Part shown: piece by piece, positions 53,319-62,733 of the stretch
Position numbering within the stretch: the stretch's first letter is position 1
Layout: the number at the start of each line of letters is the position of its first letter
Assembly (NCBI GenBank): GCA_038824665.1
Contig: JAWBBK010000005.1
Span: 32,001 to 96,000 of the forward strand
Source: Acidilobaceae archaeon
GTDB lineage: Archaea > Thermoproteota > Thermoprotei_A > Sulfolobales > Acidilobaceae
DNA length: 64,000 nucleotides
Direction: 5' to 3'
Notes under the pieces: generated by a model
The model's database searches: none
Seen by the model: the letters and a program-made list of their open reading frames with translations, nothing else
Told to the model about the DNA's origin: nothing
Program-made: the position numbers and the translations under genes

Positions 53319-54081
53319 GCCATCTCTCCTCCAGCTCTATAGGTATCAAGACTGGAACAGCTCTGAGAGAGTAGAGAACTTCAGCTATTTCGATCTCGCT
53401 TTCAAAAACGTTTCGTCTAATCAGTGTCTCAAGAATCGACAAAGAGGAGCCGGTACGCGTTCCGTTACGAGTTGCCTCTGACCTAACTCTTATGTCATCA
53501 CTTATGAGCGTTATCCCCTCCTTTCTTGCGTAATCCACACAGGCTTTTTCAAGAGAGGTGATAGATTTCGGCTCTTCTTGATCGTCAACATCTAACTCTA
53601 CGTAGCTAGATATGGGGATAGCCGGAAGCCCTAGTCTAACTCTAAGAGCGTTTAGAGCTTGAACTCTAGCTTCAAGCTGTTTAGGGACTAGCAGGTCTAT
53701 CTCTAAATCTTTAGTCTTGGGAAGGACTTCCGCTAGTCGAGATTTGTAGATGGTGTGAACGCTAGAAGGGTCTAGCAAGAGCTCTCCTTCTACAACGTCA
53801 ACTTCACTTGAGCTAAGAACTCCGAGAAGTGGCTGAACGCCTCTGTAGAGAAGATAGTCAAGAAACTCATCGTAAGAGAGTCCTGCTATTTCAGCTGCGT
53901 AGCTCAGACTCACGTCTTTTAAAAGATATAGGTCTAAAGCCACTCTCTTTAAATCTAGAGTCTCAAAATATCTTCGAAGAGCGTCTCTGACCACCTCTGA
54001 TACGCTTCCATAAAGTCCAAGCTCAACGAGTTTTCTCGCTCTCCTCTCGAGAAGCCCGCTTATCTCTACGCTCACAACCAA
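53305..54081 (-). CDS. RHH + UPF0175-like HTH + PIN-domain fusion protein
   Basis: LVELGLYGSVSEVVRDALR (RHH), VSLSYAAEIAGLSYDEFL (UPF0175-like), LLLDPSS...LE..C..YA...LISDD..R (PIN). Confidence 0.75.
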   Translation of the reverse strand: MVVSVEISGLLERRARKLVELGLYGSVSEVVRDALRRYFETLDLKRVALDLYLLKDVSLSYAAEIAGLSYDEFLDYLLYRGVQPLLGVLSSSEVDVVEGELLLDPSSVHTIYKSRLAEVLPKTKDLEIDLLVPKQLEARVQALNALRVRLGLPAIPISSYVELDVDDQEEPKSITSLEKACVDYARKEGITLISDDIRVRSEATRNGTRTGSSLSILETLIRRNVFESEIEIAEVLYSLRAVPVLIPIELEERWLARK

Positions 54082-54165
54082 GTCCTGGAGCCCACTATAA
54101 GCGAAATAGAACTGGGTTATAAAGAGAAAAAGAAAGAGGAAGATATAGAGGGTCTAAGAGAAGAG

Positions 54166-57100
54166 TTAGCCTTTTTTCGCAAAGACTACGTAGGCAGCAA
54201 GAGCTAAGACCGCTAGTGTCAGTATTATGTTAATTAATGCTAGAGTTCTGACTCCAGCAGCGGCCTCGGCTAATGATGCTACTTCATCGAGTTTGCTCAG
54301 TATATCACCTTTAGCTCTGTCGACAGCAGATGTAGCGGCGTCTCTAGCTTCTCTCACGTCACTCTTTGTAGCTAGACCTCCCACAGCTGTATTAATGGCA
54401 TCCACTCTAGTGGCTATAGTGTCTACCTTGGTGCTCATAGCACCTACTAGTGTTCTTATTTCGCCAGTACGAGTATCTATAGTTGAAAGCGTCGCTCCGA
54501 TAGCTTCTGTAGTGCTCTTCACGATGCCAACATCGGTCTGGATCAATGAAGTTATTGCAAGCAAACTGTCTAGCTTGGAAGAGACAGTCGCTAAGTCAGT
54601 TCTAATGAGTGCGGTAGCGGTTCTGAGTTCTGTTGAAATAGCGTCTAGCTTTGTAGCTAAAGTCGTGAATTGAGCTGAGGTTCTTTCATCGAATGTAGCT
54701 AAAGCTTTGGCTAAAGTGTCGAGCCTCATATTGATGTCGTTTGCAACTTGAGCTAGCTCTGCTAAGGTGTAGGGAGGTACTACGAAGCTGACAATTTCTG
54801 ATGTTCTCTGAACCGGCGTTAATGTATGTACCTTTACTCCTACCGTTACGATAATTGCTGCATTAGTACCTTTGAGTTCCGCTCCTGGAACGAAAACTGC
54901 ATGGAAGAGTCCAGGCATCCCTGTATAGACGAACTTCAGCTGAGTTAGCTCTCGATACTCGGTTCCAGTGAAGTATACCACTACGCCCGATAGGTTGTAG
55001 TAGTATACGTTATCAGGGACTAAGCCTTCATTGTCTAGTAGCACTAAAGCCCAAACGTTGACAGGTAGTTCAGCAAACTGGCCTACAGCTGTGGCTATCT
55101 TTACCGTAAGCGTCGGCAACTTGGCGATACTGACTTCAAGCTTGTACCCTACACCAGCGTTTACATCGTATATCTCAACAACGTATAGACCTGGTGTCAG
55201 ACCTGAAAGCGCTAATGTGTAAGTGAAAGACCCATGTTCGTTAGTCTCTAAATACTCTGCTAAAACAGGCACCATGTCCCCTGCCCGGGTGACAGTTATA
55301 TCGATTACGCCCTGAGGACTGAAGCCTAGACCTCTTAAAGTTAGGTCTAGAGGTATGGGCAAGGAGATCGTTAGCTCTGTTTTGTCTGGATCGTAACCAT
55401 AAGCTAGCAGGTCAGAGTTAACGAACGTTGCAAAAGTTGACCTTATTTGAACTACAGTAACAGACTCATAACCGTTTGCGTATACGTTGTAGGTTCCATA
55501 AGGTATCTCGACAGGAGTCTTCACTATCTGCTTCAGATAACCTGTGGATAAGAGTGTAGTCGGTATCAGAACATAGTCGTCTAGAGTCACGCTAACGTTC
55601 GTTCCCGGTTGGAATCCAAACACCTCAACAGTTCCGATCGTAACCATATCCTCAGCTAGCCACTCAGTTCCGCTGGGATACTTAGTGACTAGCTCGGATA
55701 AGATCAGCTTGGGCGGCTCATTCAACGCTTTTAGAACTACTACAGGATTAACGTAGACTCTGATTACGCCATAGGTAGCTACTCCCTCTAGACTGTACGA
55801 GTTACCCTCTGTAGCTCCTCTGACCGTGAGTGTGACCGTAGCTCCTTCATCTATTTCTGCGTCGCCCGGTATTTGAACCACGAGAGCAATGTCTCCAGTC
55901 TTGGAACATGTTAGAGGTCCAGCGACCACTATTAGCGGTATCTCAGTAGCGTTAACTCTCAGAACGAACTCAAAGCTCTCTATTATGAAGCCATAGCCTC
56001 TGATGTAGATGTACTCGCCGGGCACGAACGTCGGGTCTATGAGGTTTCCGGCGTTGTCAAACGCTTTAGCTATGAAGTAGGGCGTAACTGAGAAGGCCTG
56101 AGTAGGATCGAAGAGCGCATAGCCAAGCCACTCGCTATCCATCGCTAAAATCAGTACTGTCCTGCCTCCATAAGGTAGTGGCTGTAGCGTTAACGCTATC
56201 TGGGCAGAGCCATTGACAACCGTTACATTCATTGGAACCTCTCCTAGAAGCTGTAGGCTATCCTCTTGAACTACGAAGGTCCTGAAAACAATTATTCTGT
56301 TTCCATTAACAAAGTTCCTAAGGTCTAGAGTTACGACATCTCCTACATTCATTTTATCGACAGGACCAGCAATAGTGGAATCAGTCATTACTATTGAAAT
56401 TGAAGAGGGATAAATCCTAGTCTCTTCCGCCAACCTCACGCTGACCTCTGAGACCTCTATAGTGCAGTCTGTTTTCTCTCCTACAGGCTCTCCTCTCACT
56501 ATGTGGAGCCCAGAGAACGTCCTCTCGCGTGTTATGTCAACCTTTACTCCATACTCGGCACAGACTACAGGCACACCCAGAACTGTAGTACAGACCTTGA
56601 TGTCTTCTAAAGGTAGTCCGAAGTCTGCGAGAGTTCCTTCAACGCTGATGTCAGTAGCGGTTCTAGCTATAATCGCGTTGTACAAGAAGTTGCTGTTAGC
56701 AGATGTTGTAGTGTTTACATCACCGATCACGCCACTAACAAAGAACCTCGTGGTCTCGCCTTTCAAAAGTCCGACTTTAAGCGTAGCGCCAGCAGGTTCG
56801 TATTCTGATTCTGACGTTACAGCTTTTATCTCTGCAACATCAACTGTAACCATGAAAGCATTGCTTGTCGTGACCACAGGAAGGTTCACTTCAAGCTGAG
56901 ATAGGTCTCTGTAGATCAGGCTTACGAGTTTAGAGGGGTCTTTAGTTATGTAAACTCTGGTAGTAGAGACTATGGCGTCTGCTCCTATAACTGGAGCTCC
57001 AGCGACCTTTAGCCAATAACTTCCCTCAGGAACATAGCTAGGTACTAGAAGGCTACCGAATATCAGAGAAGAACCGCCTACGACTATTTCAGCTATTTTG

Positions 57101-57348
57101 ATGTCTCCTTCTGTTATCACGGAGTATCCATTAGTACTTAAGAAGAACACTAGCTGAGAAGCGACGACAACAGGATGTCCAGCTATAGGAATAGCGGTTC
57201 TGTTCAGATAGAAGTATATCTCGTTGCCTGGCATAGTGAGCACTGTATATACCTCTAGCGCTCCTGTTTGTGCCGAAACGATTGTAGGCGCTAGCGAGAT
57301 CGCCAATAGAGCCAATAGGATAATAAATGAGGCTACTCTGATGTTCAA
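54166..57348 (-). CDS. Large secreted, membrane-anchored surface (S-layer/stalk-like) protein
   Basis: Signal peptide, ~830 aa beta-rich region, long coiled coil with LATKSD motif, C-terminal TM + KKG. Confidence 0.75.
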   Translation of the reverse strand: MNIRVASFIILLALLAISLAPTIVSAQTGALEVYTVLTMPGNEIYFYLNRTAIPIAGHPVVVASQLVFFLSTNGYSVITEGDIKIAEIVVGGSSLIFGSLLVPSYVPEGSYWLKVAGAPVIGADAIVSTTRVYITKDPSKLVSLIYRDLSQLEVNLPVVTTSNAFMVTVDVAEIKAVTSESEYEPAGATLKVGLLKGETTRFFVSGVIGDVNTTTSANSNFLYNAIIARTATDISVEGTLADFGLPLEDIKVCTTVLGVPVVCAEYGVKVDITRERTFSGLHIVRGEPVGEKTDCTIEVSEVSVRLAEETRIYPSSISIVMTDSTIAGPVDKMNVGDVVTLDLRNFVNGNRIIVFRTFVVQEDSLQLLGEVPMNVTVVNGSAQIALTLQPLPYGGRTVLILAMDSEWLGYALFDPTQAFSVTPYFIAKAFDNAGNLIDPTFVPGEYIYIRGYGFIIESFEFVLRVNATEIPLIVVAGPLTCSKTGDIALVVQIPGDAEIDEGATVTLTVRGATEGNSYSLEGVATYGVIRVYVNPVVVLKALNEPPKLILSELVTKYPSGTEWLAEDMVTIGTVEVFGFQPGTNVSVTLDDYVLIPTTLLSTGYLKQIVKTPVEIPYGTYNVYANGYESVTVVQIRSTFATFVNSDLLAYGYDPDKTELTISLPIPLDLTLRGLGFSPQGVIDITVTRAGDMVPVLAEYLETNEHGSFTYTLALSGLTPGLYVVEIYDVNAGVGYKLEVSIAKLPTLTVKIATAVGQFAELPVNVWALVLLDNEGLVPDNVYYYNLSGVVVYFTGTEYRELTQLKFVYTGMPGLFHAVFVPGAELKGTNAAIIVTVGVKVHTLTPVQRTSEIVSFVVPPYTLAELAQVANDINMRLDTLAKALATFDERTSAQFTTLATKLDAISTELRTATALIRTDLATVSSKLDSLLAITSLIQTDVGIVKSTTEAIGATLSTIDTRTGEIRTLVGAMSTKVDTIATRVDAINTAVGGLATKSDVREARDAATSAVDRAKGDILSKLDEVASLAEAAAGVRTLALINIILTLAVLALAAYVVFAKKG

Positions 57349-57444
57349 CTCCGAAACACCTTAGTCGCTTCCTAAGACGATAGGCTAGAGTTTTTAGGAG
57401 TTCTGACTCCTGAGCTATTCTTTAACTCCCCGGTTAAATCGTGC

Positions 57445-59313
57445 CTAGGAAACCCAGACCAAAAGGCTTTCGTGAAGGAGGGCTCTTGTGGTCGCTGTAG
57501 CTATATAGTACGACTGAGGTTTAGAGGGCTCTTTTAGCGTTTTCCCATAAATGCCTCCTAGCACGTACACAGTCAGCGAGTCCCAGACAATCTGCGCTGA
57601 AACCCAATGAGAGGGAAGGTTAGTCAAAGCTGGAACTCCATATACAGTTGTCACATAGCCTCTTTGTGGTTCCCAGAAGTCTGCAGAGATGAATAAAGAC
57701 CCTGAAGACGCAGGGAAGACCACTAGAGCTCTCTCGCCGTTTGAAAACCTCAGCTCCGCTATGTGAGGAAGAGACCAAGGTGATGGTAGAAGGTCTTCTG
57801 AGCTATGACCGCTAGTGCTCCAGTGAAGACAGCCAGAACCAGAATAGTATTGTTTATAGCATTTTACGCTCATGTTTATAGCTCTGAGAGCTTGACCAAC
57901 CTTAGGCCAAGCCTTTATCTCAAAGACCCCAATAGGACTCCACGCATATGTCCATTTGTTGGAGAGCTCTCTATAAGAACAAGAGTCTATAGAGTAACAG
58001 ACTCCAAGCCATAGGTGTTGTTTTATTGATGATCTCATCACTTCGTCTATTGATATAGTCAGATAATCGTATCCGCTAGACCCAGAGTAGACCGAAGTAG
58101 CGGTCCTGACGCTAAGAGTCTCAACTCCTTCAACTCTGACTTTAGCGGGCTTTAGGGAATATAGCACAACCTCTTCTATTGTTATGTTAACTCTGAGCTT
58201 AGGAGGTCTGAAAGACTTAGCGAAACCGTTGTAAAAGATGTAGATAGGACCGCTGGTCTCGTAAGCGCCTCGAGCCCATCCCTCTACAGTAAACAGATAT
58301 CCTCCTGAACTGAGTTCTGTGTTTATACATGTCGTATTGAAACTTTGACTCCCTCCAGGAGAGTAAGCTAGGACTAGGATATTTGCGCCATCTGAACCTC
58401 CCCACAATAAGTATGGGCTACTAACGTAAGATGTAAAGCGGTCTAAAACTATCTCTGCTGAGCCTCTATAGAGCGCTGGTTCAGATGTTAAGAGTTCTAT
58501 CCAAACGTGTTGTGTCACATAGTGTTCTGACCTAACGACGATCTGCATTCTGGCTACTATACGAAGAATGCGACCACCACCTAGGTCTATAGCCGCTATC
58601 TCTAGAGAGCCAGAACTAGATTTCCGCATCCCGCCGGACGTTGTATACACCGCTATGTAACTTCCTGAAAAGTAAAGAGTAAAGGATAGAGAGATCCGTG
58701 GACGCAAGACTTCAGATATAGAGGCATTAGGTGCAAGCGCTTCAAACACAGGTAGAGAGCTCATAGGGTCTGTTCTAACGGATGTATGCCCAAAGATCTT
58801 AGCACCGTTTAGGAGGTGTGTGCGTAAAGCATTAGTGGAATTAGAGCGTAAATTGCATGAATACCACCCATCCCACATCGGTGGAACTCTCCCCAACCTA
58901 GGGTCTCTTTCTGGATGCCACGAAACAACTCTGCCTCCCTCTAAAACTAGGAACACCCTCACTTTCTCACAGCTATAATTTTCAAGAAGAAGGAATCTCT
59001 CATAGCTCTCTACATCTTCCTTCATCTGTTTCACTAAGACTTGAGAGTTCTCGTAGATTACTAGAGCGTACTCTACCCTTACAGGAGAGTTTGTGTAAAC
59101 TTCAAGAACAAGTGAGCCTTCGTCAGAAAACAGACTTAAGACTGGAGGGCTGAGCGACTCGTATATGTTCTGCGAGACCTCTGAAGCAGTTCTCCTCGCC
59201 TCCTCAACTAAGCTGGAGTAGAGACTGAGCGAGAGGACTATCATAGAAGACAGGATCACAGATAGGAGAAGCACTACTAGGAGCTCGCTGAGACCTCTCT
59301 TCAAGTTCGTCAC
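57445..59313 (-). CDS. Large protein with class III (type IV pilin-like) signal peptide
   Basis: KRG/LSELLVVLLL prepilin-like cleavage site and hydrophobic helix; likely start TTG ~59304. Confidence 0.65.
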   Translation of the reverse strand: MTNLKRGLSELLVVLLLSVILSSMIVLSLSLYSSLVEEARRTASEVSQNIYESLSPPVLSLFSDEGSLVLEVYTNSPVRVEYALVIYENSQVLVKQMKEDVESYERFLLLENYSCEKVRVFLVLEGGRVVSWHPERDPRLGRVPPMWDGWYSCNLRSNSTNALRTHLLNGAKIFGHTSVRTDPMSSLPVFEALAPNASISEVLRPRISLSFTLYFSGSYIAVYTTSGGMRKSSSGSLEIAAIDLGGGRILRIVARMQIVVRSEHYVTQHVWIELLTSEPALYRGSAEIVLDRFTSYVSSPYLLWGGSDGANILVLAYSPGGSQSFNTTCINTELSSGGYLFTVEGWARGAYETSGPIYIFYNGFAKSFRPPKLRVNITIEEVVLYSLKPAKVRVEGVETLSVRTATSVYSGSSGYDYLTISIDEVMRSSIKQHLWLGVCYSIDSCSYRELSNKWTYAWSPIGVFEIKAWPKVGQALRAINMSVKCYKQYYSGSGCLHWSTSGHSSEDLLPSPWSLPHIAELRFSNGERALVVFPASSGSLFISADFWEPQRGYVTTVYGVPALTNLPSHWVSAQIVWDSLTVYVLGGIYGKTLKEPSKPQSYYIATATTRALLHESLLVWVS

Positions 59314-59454
59314 CCATTTCGTATAAGCTCAAAGACTGAGAGAGGGTAACGAAAGACAGGCTGAAAGTCCGGAGATTCTCCGACTTCTTGAGACCCCTTA
59401 AAAGACCATTAATAGCTCTCAAAACGCAAGACCAAGAGTAAGGTAGAAGCGAAG

Positions 59455-60510
59455 TTGAACATCATACCGGAGAGGCTGTTACAAGAGTTTGAGAAAATAA
59501 TAAGGAGTTCGCGTCTCGTTGGAGTCGCCACACATTCTAACGCAGACCCTGATGCTCTGGCTTCGCTCTTCTTAGCCTTAAGAGTTGTCTCACATTTAGG
59601 AACTAGAGCTTGCTTTATAATTCCAGAAGGGCTATCTAAAACCTCAAAAAAAGTGCTCTCTGAGCTCTCTCTAAAGCTCGAAGACGAGTGTAAAGAGACC
59701 GGTAGTCTAGACGTATGTATAACTGTTGATGTCTCTAATCCGGCTCAGCTAGGAGATAAAGCTCCTCTCTGTCTATCCGCTGAGAAGCTCGTAGTGATCG
59801 ACCATCATAGCGAGGGAGAGCTAGTCAAAAACGCCCACATAGCTATGGTATATGGAGACATTCCTTCAACCACGGAGATCTTGGTGGAGGCTTGTTTGAG
59901 GCTTGGAGTCCCCCTAGATAAGGAGCTAGCTGAACTCGCTCTTGCTGGGATCTTGTACGATAGTAGGAGATTCGCTATAGCTACTAAGCATTCTTTTTTG
60001 ACTGTAGCGACGCTTTTAGATATAGGATGTGATTACAAGAGAGTAGTCGAGCTTCTAACTCCCGAAAAAAGCTGGACTGAGGAACTCTCTGAAAGAATAG
60101 CTGTGTTGAAAGCTCTCTCTAGACTCGAGATTAGGAAAGCTTGTGTAGACCTCATAATAGCGTCTACGTATATAGGCTCTCACGAATCCCTCGTAGCTAA
60201 AAAGCTTCTAGAGCTAGGGACAGACGTCGCTCTAATCGTAGTTGAAAGAGATGAGGTCAAGAGAGTCTCCGTTAGAGTCTCTAAGAGAGCTCTATCTAAA
60301 GGGATCTCAGCACCGAGTCTCGCTTCTTTCATAGCTAGCAAATTTGGAGGAGAGGGAGGAGGTCACGAGAGTGTCGCTATGGCTCATATCAAGAGTTCCA
60401 AAAACGCTGAAGAGATAGTCAGAGAGTTAATCGAAAGCCTCTCCGGTAAGATAGGTAGAGTATGTGAGGGAACGAGATTTGTCAGAGAGAAAGCCGAGAG
60501 TTTACGCTGA
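59455..60510 (+). CDS. DHH/DHHA1 family phosphoesterase (NrnA-like)
   Basis: H.NADPDA, VD, IDHH, GILYDS, GGGH. Confidence 0.92.
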   Translation: MNIIPERLLQEFEKIIRSSRLVGVATHSNADPDALASLFLALRVVSHLGTRACFIIPEGLSKTSKKVLSELSLKLEDECKETGSLDVCITVDVSNPAQLGDKAPLCLSAEKLVVIDHHSEGELVKNAHIAMVYGDIPSTTEILVEACLRLGVPLDKELAELALAGILYDSRRFAIATKHSFLTVATLLDIGCDYKRVVELLTPEKSWTEELSERIAVLKALSRLEIRKACVDLIIASTYIGSHESLVAKKLLELGTDVALIVVERDEVKRVSVRVSKRALSKGISAPSLASFIASKFGGEGGGHESVAMAHIKSSKNAEEIVRELIESLSGKIGRVCEGTRFVREKAESLR

Positions 60511-61180
60511 CTATCGCGAAGAACCTAGTGGAATACCGGCGCTTTTAGAATCTCTAGGAACAATAGTCTTCAGAACGAGCCTAAAGATAGGAGATTATGT
60601 GCTACCGGGTGGGCTAGTGATTGAGAGAAAGACTGTGATGGATTTCATGAACTCCCTCTTTGACGGAAGGCTTTTTGAGCAAGCCTCTAGACTTTCAGAG
60701 TCCTACGAGACGATAATCTACATAATAGAAGGAGACGTGAGAGACTTCAGGCTTTTCCAAAACAGATTGAAGCAAGTCTTCGGCGCTATGGCTACTTTAA
60801 TTTTAGATTTTGACGCTCGTTTGCTTTTCAGCTCTAGCGCAAGAGAAACTGCATATCTGATAGAAGCCTTAGCTAGAAGAGCTTCTGAGGAGAGAGAGAC
60901 TAAAGCAACGGTCGTTCACAAGAAGCCTAAGCTTTCCTCTATTAGAGACTGGCAACTCTACATAGTTGGATCGCTTCCAGGAATAGGTCCGAGGTTGGCT
61001 GAACGACTGCTCGAGCAGTTCAAAACCGTTGAAGGAGTTTTCACAGCGAGCTTAGCAGAACTTCAAAGAGTTGTCGGAGAGAGCAGAGCAGAGAAGATCA
61101 AAACCGTCTTAAAGGCTCCTTACGATAAGTTTGAGAAAAAGTCTCTAGATCTTACAGACTTCCTGGAAGGCGAGGATTGA
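60464..61180 (+). CDS. xpf: Crenarchaeal XPF/ERCC4 structure-specific endonuclease
   Basis: DYRE, GDY, ERK, HhH2 (LPGIG), C-terminal PIP-like LTDFL. Confidence 0.93.
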   Translation: MRERDLSERKPRVYADYREEPSGIPALLESLGTIVFRTSLKIGDYVLPGGLVIERKTVMDFMNSLFDGRLFEQASRLSESYETIIYIIEGDVRDFRLFQNRLKQVFGAMATLILDFDARLLFSSSARETAYLIEALARRASEERETKATVVHKKPKLSSIRDWQLYIVGSLPGIGPRLAERLLEQFKTVEGVFTASLAELQRVVGESRAEKIKTVLKAPYDKFEKKSLDLTDFLEGED

Positions 61181-61409
61181 GTTCTCGTAGAGCTGAGTAC
61201 ATAGCGTAAACTAGATAGGTGTATGAATTGAAAACTGCTCTCACCTTGCTGAAGTCTTTAGCCTCAAATCTTAAGCATACACAATCATTCTCGACCGAGA
61301 CCTCGATCTTTGCCTTAGAGGGAGCGGGCTGATTCACTTCAGCCAGGAGGCTTTCATAAAGAGGCTTAGCGTAATCTCTTACGCACAGCCTCATCTCTAC
61401 TCTTATCAA
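61152..61409 (-). CDS. pcc1: KEOPS subunit Pcc1
   Basis: LYESLLAE, EAKD...RA.FNSY; near prefoldin beta. Confidence 0.82.
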   Translation of the reverse strand: MIRVEMRLCVRDYAKPLYESLLAEVNQPAPSKAKIEVSVENDCVCLRFEAKDFSKVRAVFNSYTYLVYAMYSALRELNPRLPGSL

Positions 61410-61695
61410 TAGGGCTCAACCTCGCTCTTTCTTCAAAGACTTTAAACGCTATCTCCAAAGATTCTTCTAAGACGCTTTCTAGAGCTTCTCTAGAGGTAGT
61501 CAGACCTTCAGCTTGTATCGCAGCCTCTAAGACTTTAGTTCCCTCTTTCCTTTCAAGCTTCAATATCAAGTATACTCTGCTTGACCTTGACCCCAAGACC
61601 TTTTCTAAATGTCTTCTTGCTTGTTTTTCTGCCTCTAGGAGAGCCTCTATAAACAGTTCTTCTTCTTTATCCTCCTGTAGCCGCTGTTCTGCCAC
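61366..61695 (-). CDS. Hypothetical protein (DUF3194-like position)
   Basis: Acidic 109-aa ORF overlapping pfdB and pcc1. Confidence 0.55.
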   Translation of the reverse strand: MAEQRLQEDKEEELFIEALLEAEKQARRHLEKVLGSRSSRVYLILKLERKEGTKVLEAAIQAEGLTTSREALESVLEESLEIAFKVFEERARLSPIDKSRDEAVRKRLR

Positions 61696-62032
61696 CTAAC
61701 AACGACCTCAACTCTCCAGCCAACCTGTCGACCTCTTTTTTCAAATACTCCTCTTGGGTCTTTACAGCCTTTAACCTTATCTCAAGCTCTTCTTTTTTGT
61801 TTTTCAGCTCGTCTACAAGAACGTTTTTACTAGTCCGTACCATAATGTGACCTACGATTTTGTATAGCTCCACATCGTCCGGTAGCTCGGAAACTCTGCT
61901 GAGGACTTCGTCGAGCTCAGAGATCGTTGCTTCTAAAAGAGATCTCTCTTGAGCTACAGTAGCTAGAGTGTCTTGGAGCTTGACATACTTAGTGTATTTA
62001 GCTTCGACCTCCGGAGGTAGCCTCTCAACCAT
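61667..62032 (-). CDS. pfdB: Prefoldin beta subunit
   Basis: LPPEV, coiled coils flanking YKIVGHIMV. Confidence 0.95.
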   Translation of the reverse strand: MVERLPPEVEAKYTKYVKLQDTLATVAQERSLLEATISELDEVLSRVSELPDDVELYKIVGHIMVRTSKNVLVDELKNKKEELEIRLKAVKTQEEYLKKEVDRLAGELRSLLGGRTAATGG

Positions 62033-62104
62033 AACTCAGCGACCCCCTAAGACCCTCTCGCTACACCTTTAATAAAGTTATTCTCTGCTATTGATTCTAC
62101 AAGA

Positions 62105-62426
62105 GAGGCCGCAGCCATAACCCGCCTTCAGTACTTTCGGCGGCATTTGACTCGGCGGCTTCTCGGAGAGGCTCGCGCGCCTCTCATAGCCTCTCCGCCT
62201 TGCTCACCCGGGGTCGGCCGTTTCACCGCATCTCTCAGCTTCCATCCGCTGGTTTCTGTCCTCTCGTTGCCGAGAGGACCTCGCAGCATCATCGACATCG
62301 CTGAGAGCCGTTTCGTTTCTGTGCCGTTGCCGCGGGTATCACCCGCACCCCTTACGGGGTCCGGGGGCGCGGTGAGGGCGGTGTGTCCTCAGGCTCTTCA
62401 GCCCGTGAGCCGCCGGCTGCGGCCTC
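62105..62426 (-). ncRNA. rnpB: RNase P RNA
   Basis: GC-rich; P1 ends GAGGCCGCAGCC/GGCTGCGGCCTC; CR-I-like GAGGACACACCGCCC; ACAGAAAC, GUGAAACGG, GAGCAAG elements; CR-V GAAGGCGGGUUA. Confidence 0.92.
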
Positions 62427-62733
62427 CTTTGTCATAAGAGCTCTAGAAACTTATTATAGCTATGTTCGTTCTCTGAGCGTTCATCTACGTCTTGAACTCT
62501 TCGCCTAGTCAGCACAAGCTCTAACGCTTATGCGAATTCAAGGTGATAGGGAAAACCCAACAGCACGAAGTTCCTGTCAACTTCAGTTCAACTTCAGTCT
62601 CGAACGACTTTCTTCCATAGTTCTAAAGGCTCAGCTCGAAACAAAGTTAGATATAAAGTTTATAAGTATCCTCTCAAAGCGACAAAAAAGAAAACAGACC
62701 GCTAACGGAACTCTATAGTTGTAGGGGTCGGAA

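Noticed and set aside
62147-62437. 96-aa ORF on the plus strand
   Set aside because: Antisense shadow of the GC-rich RNase P RNA.
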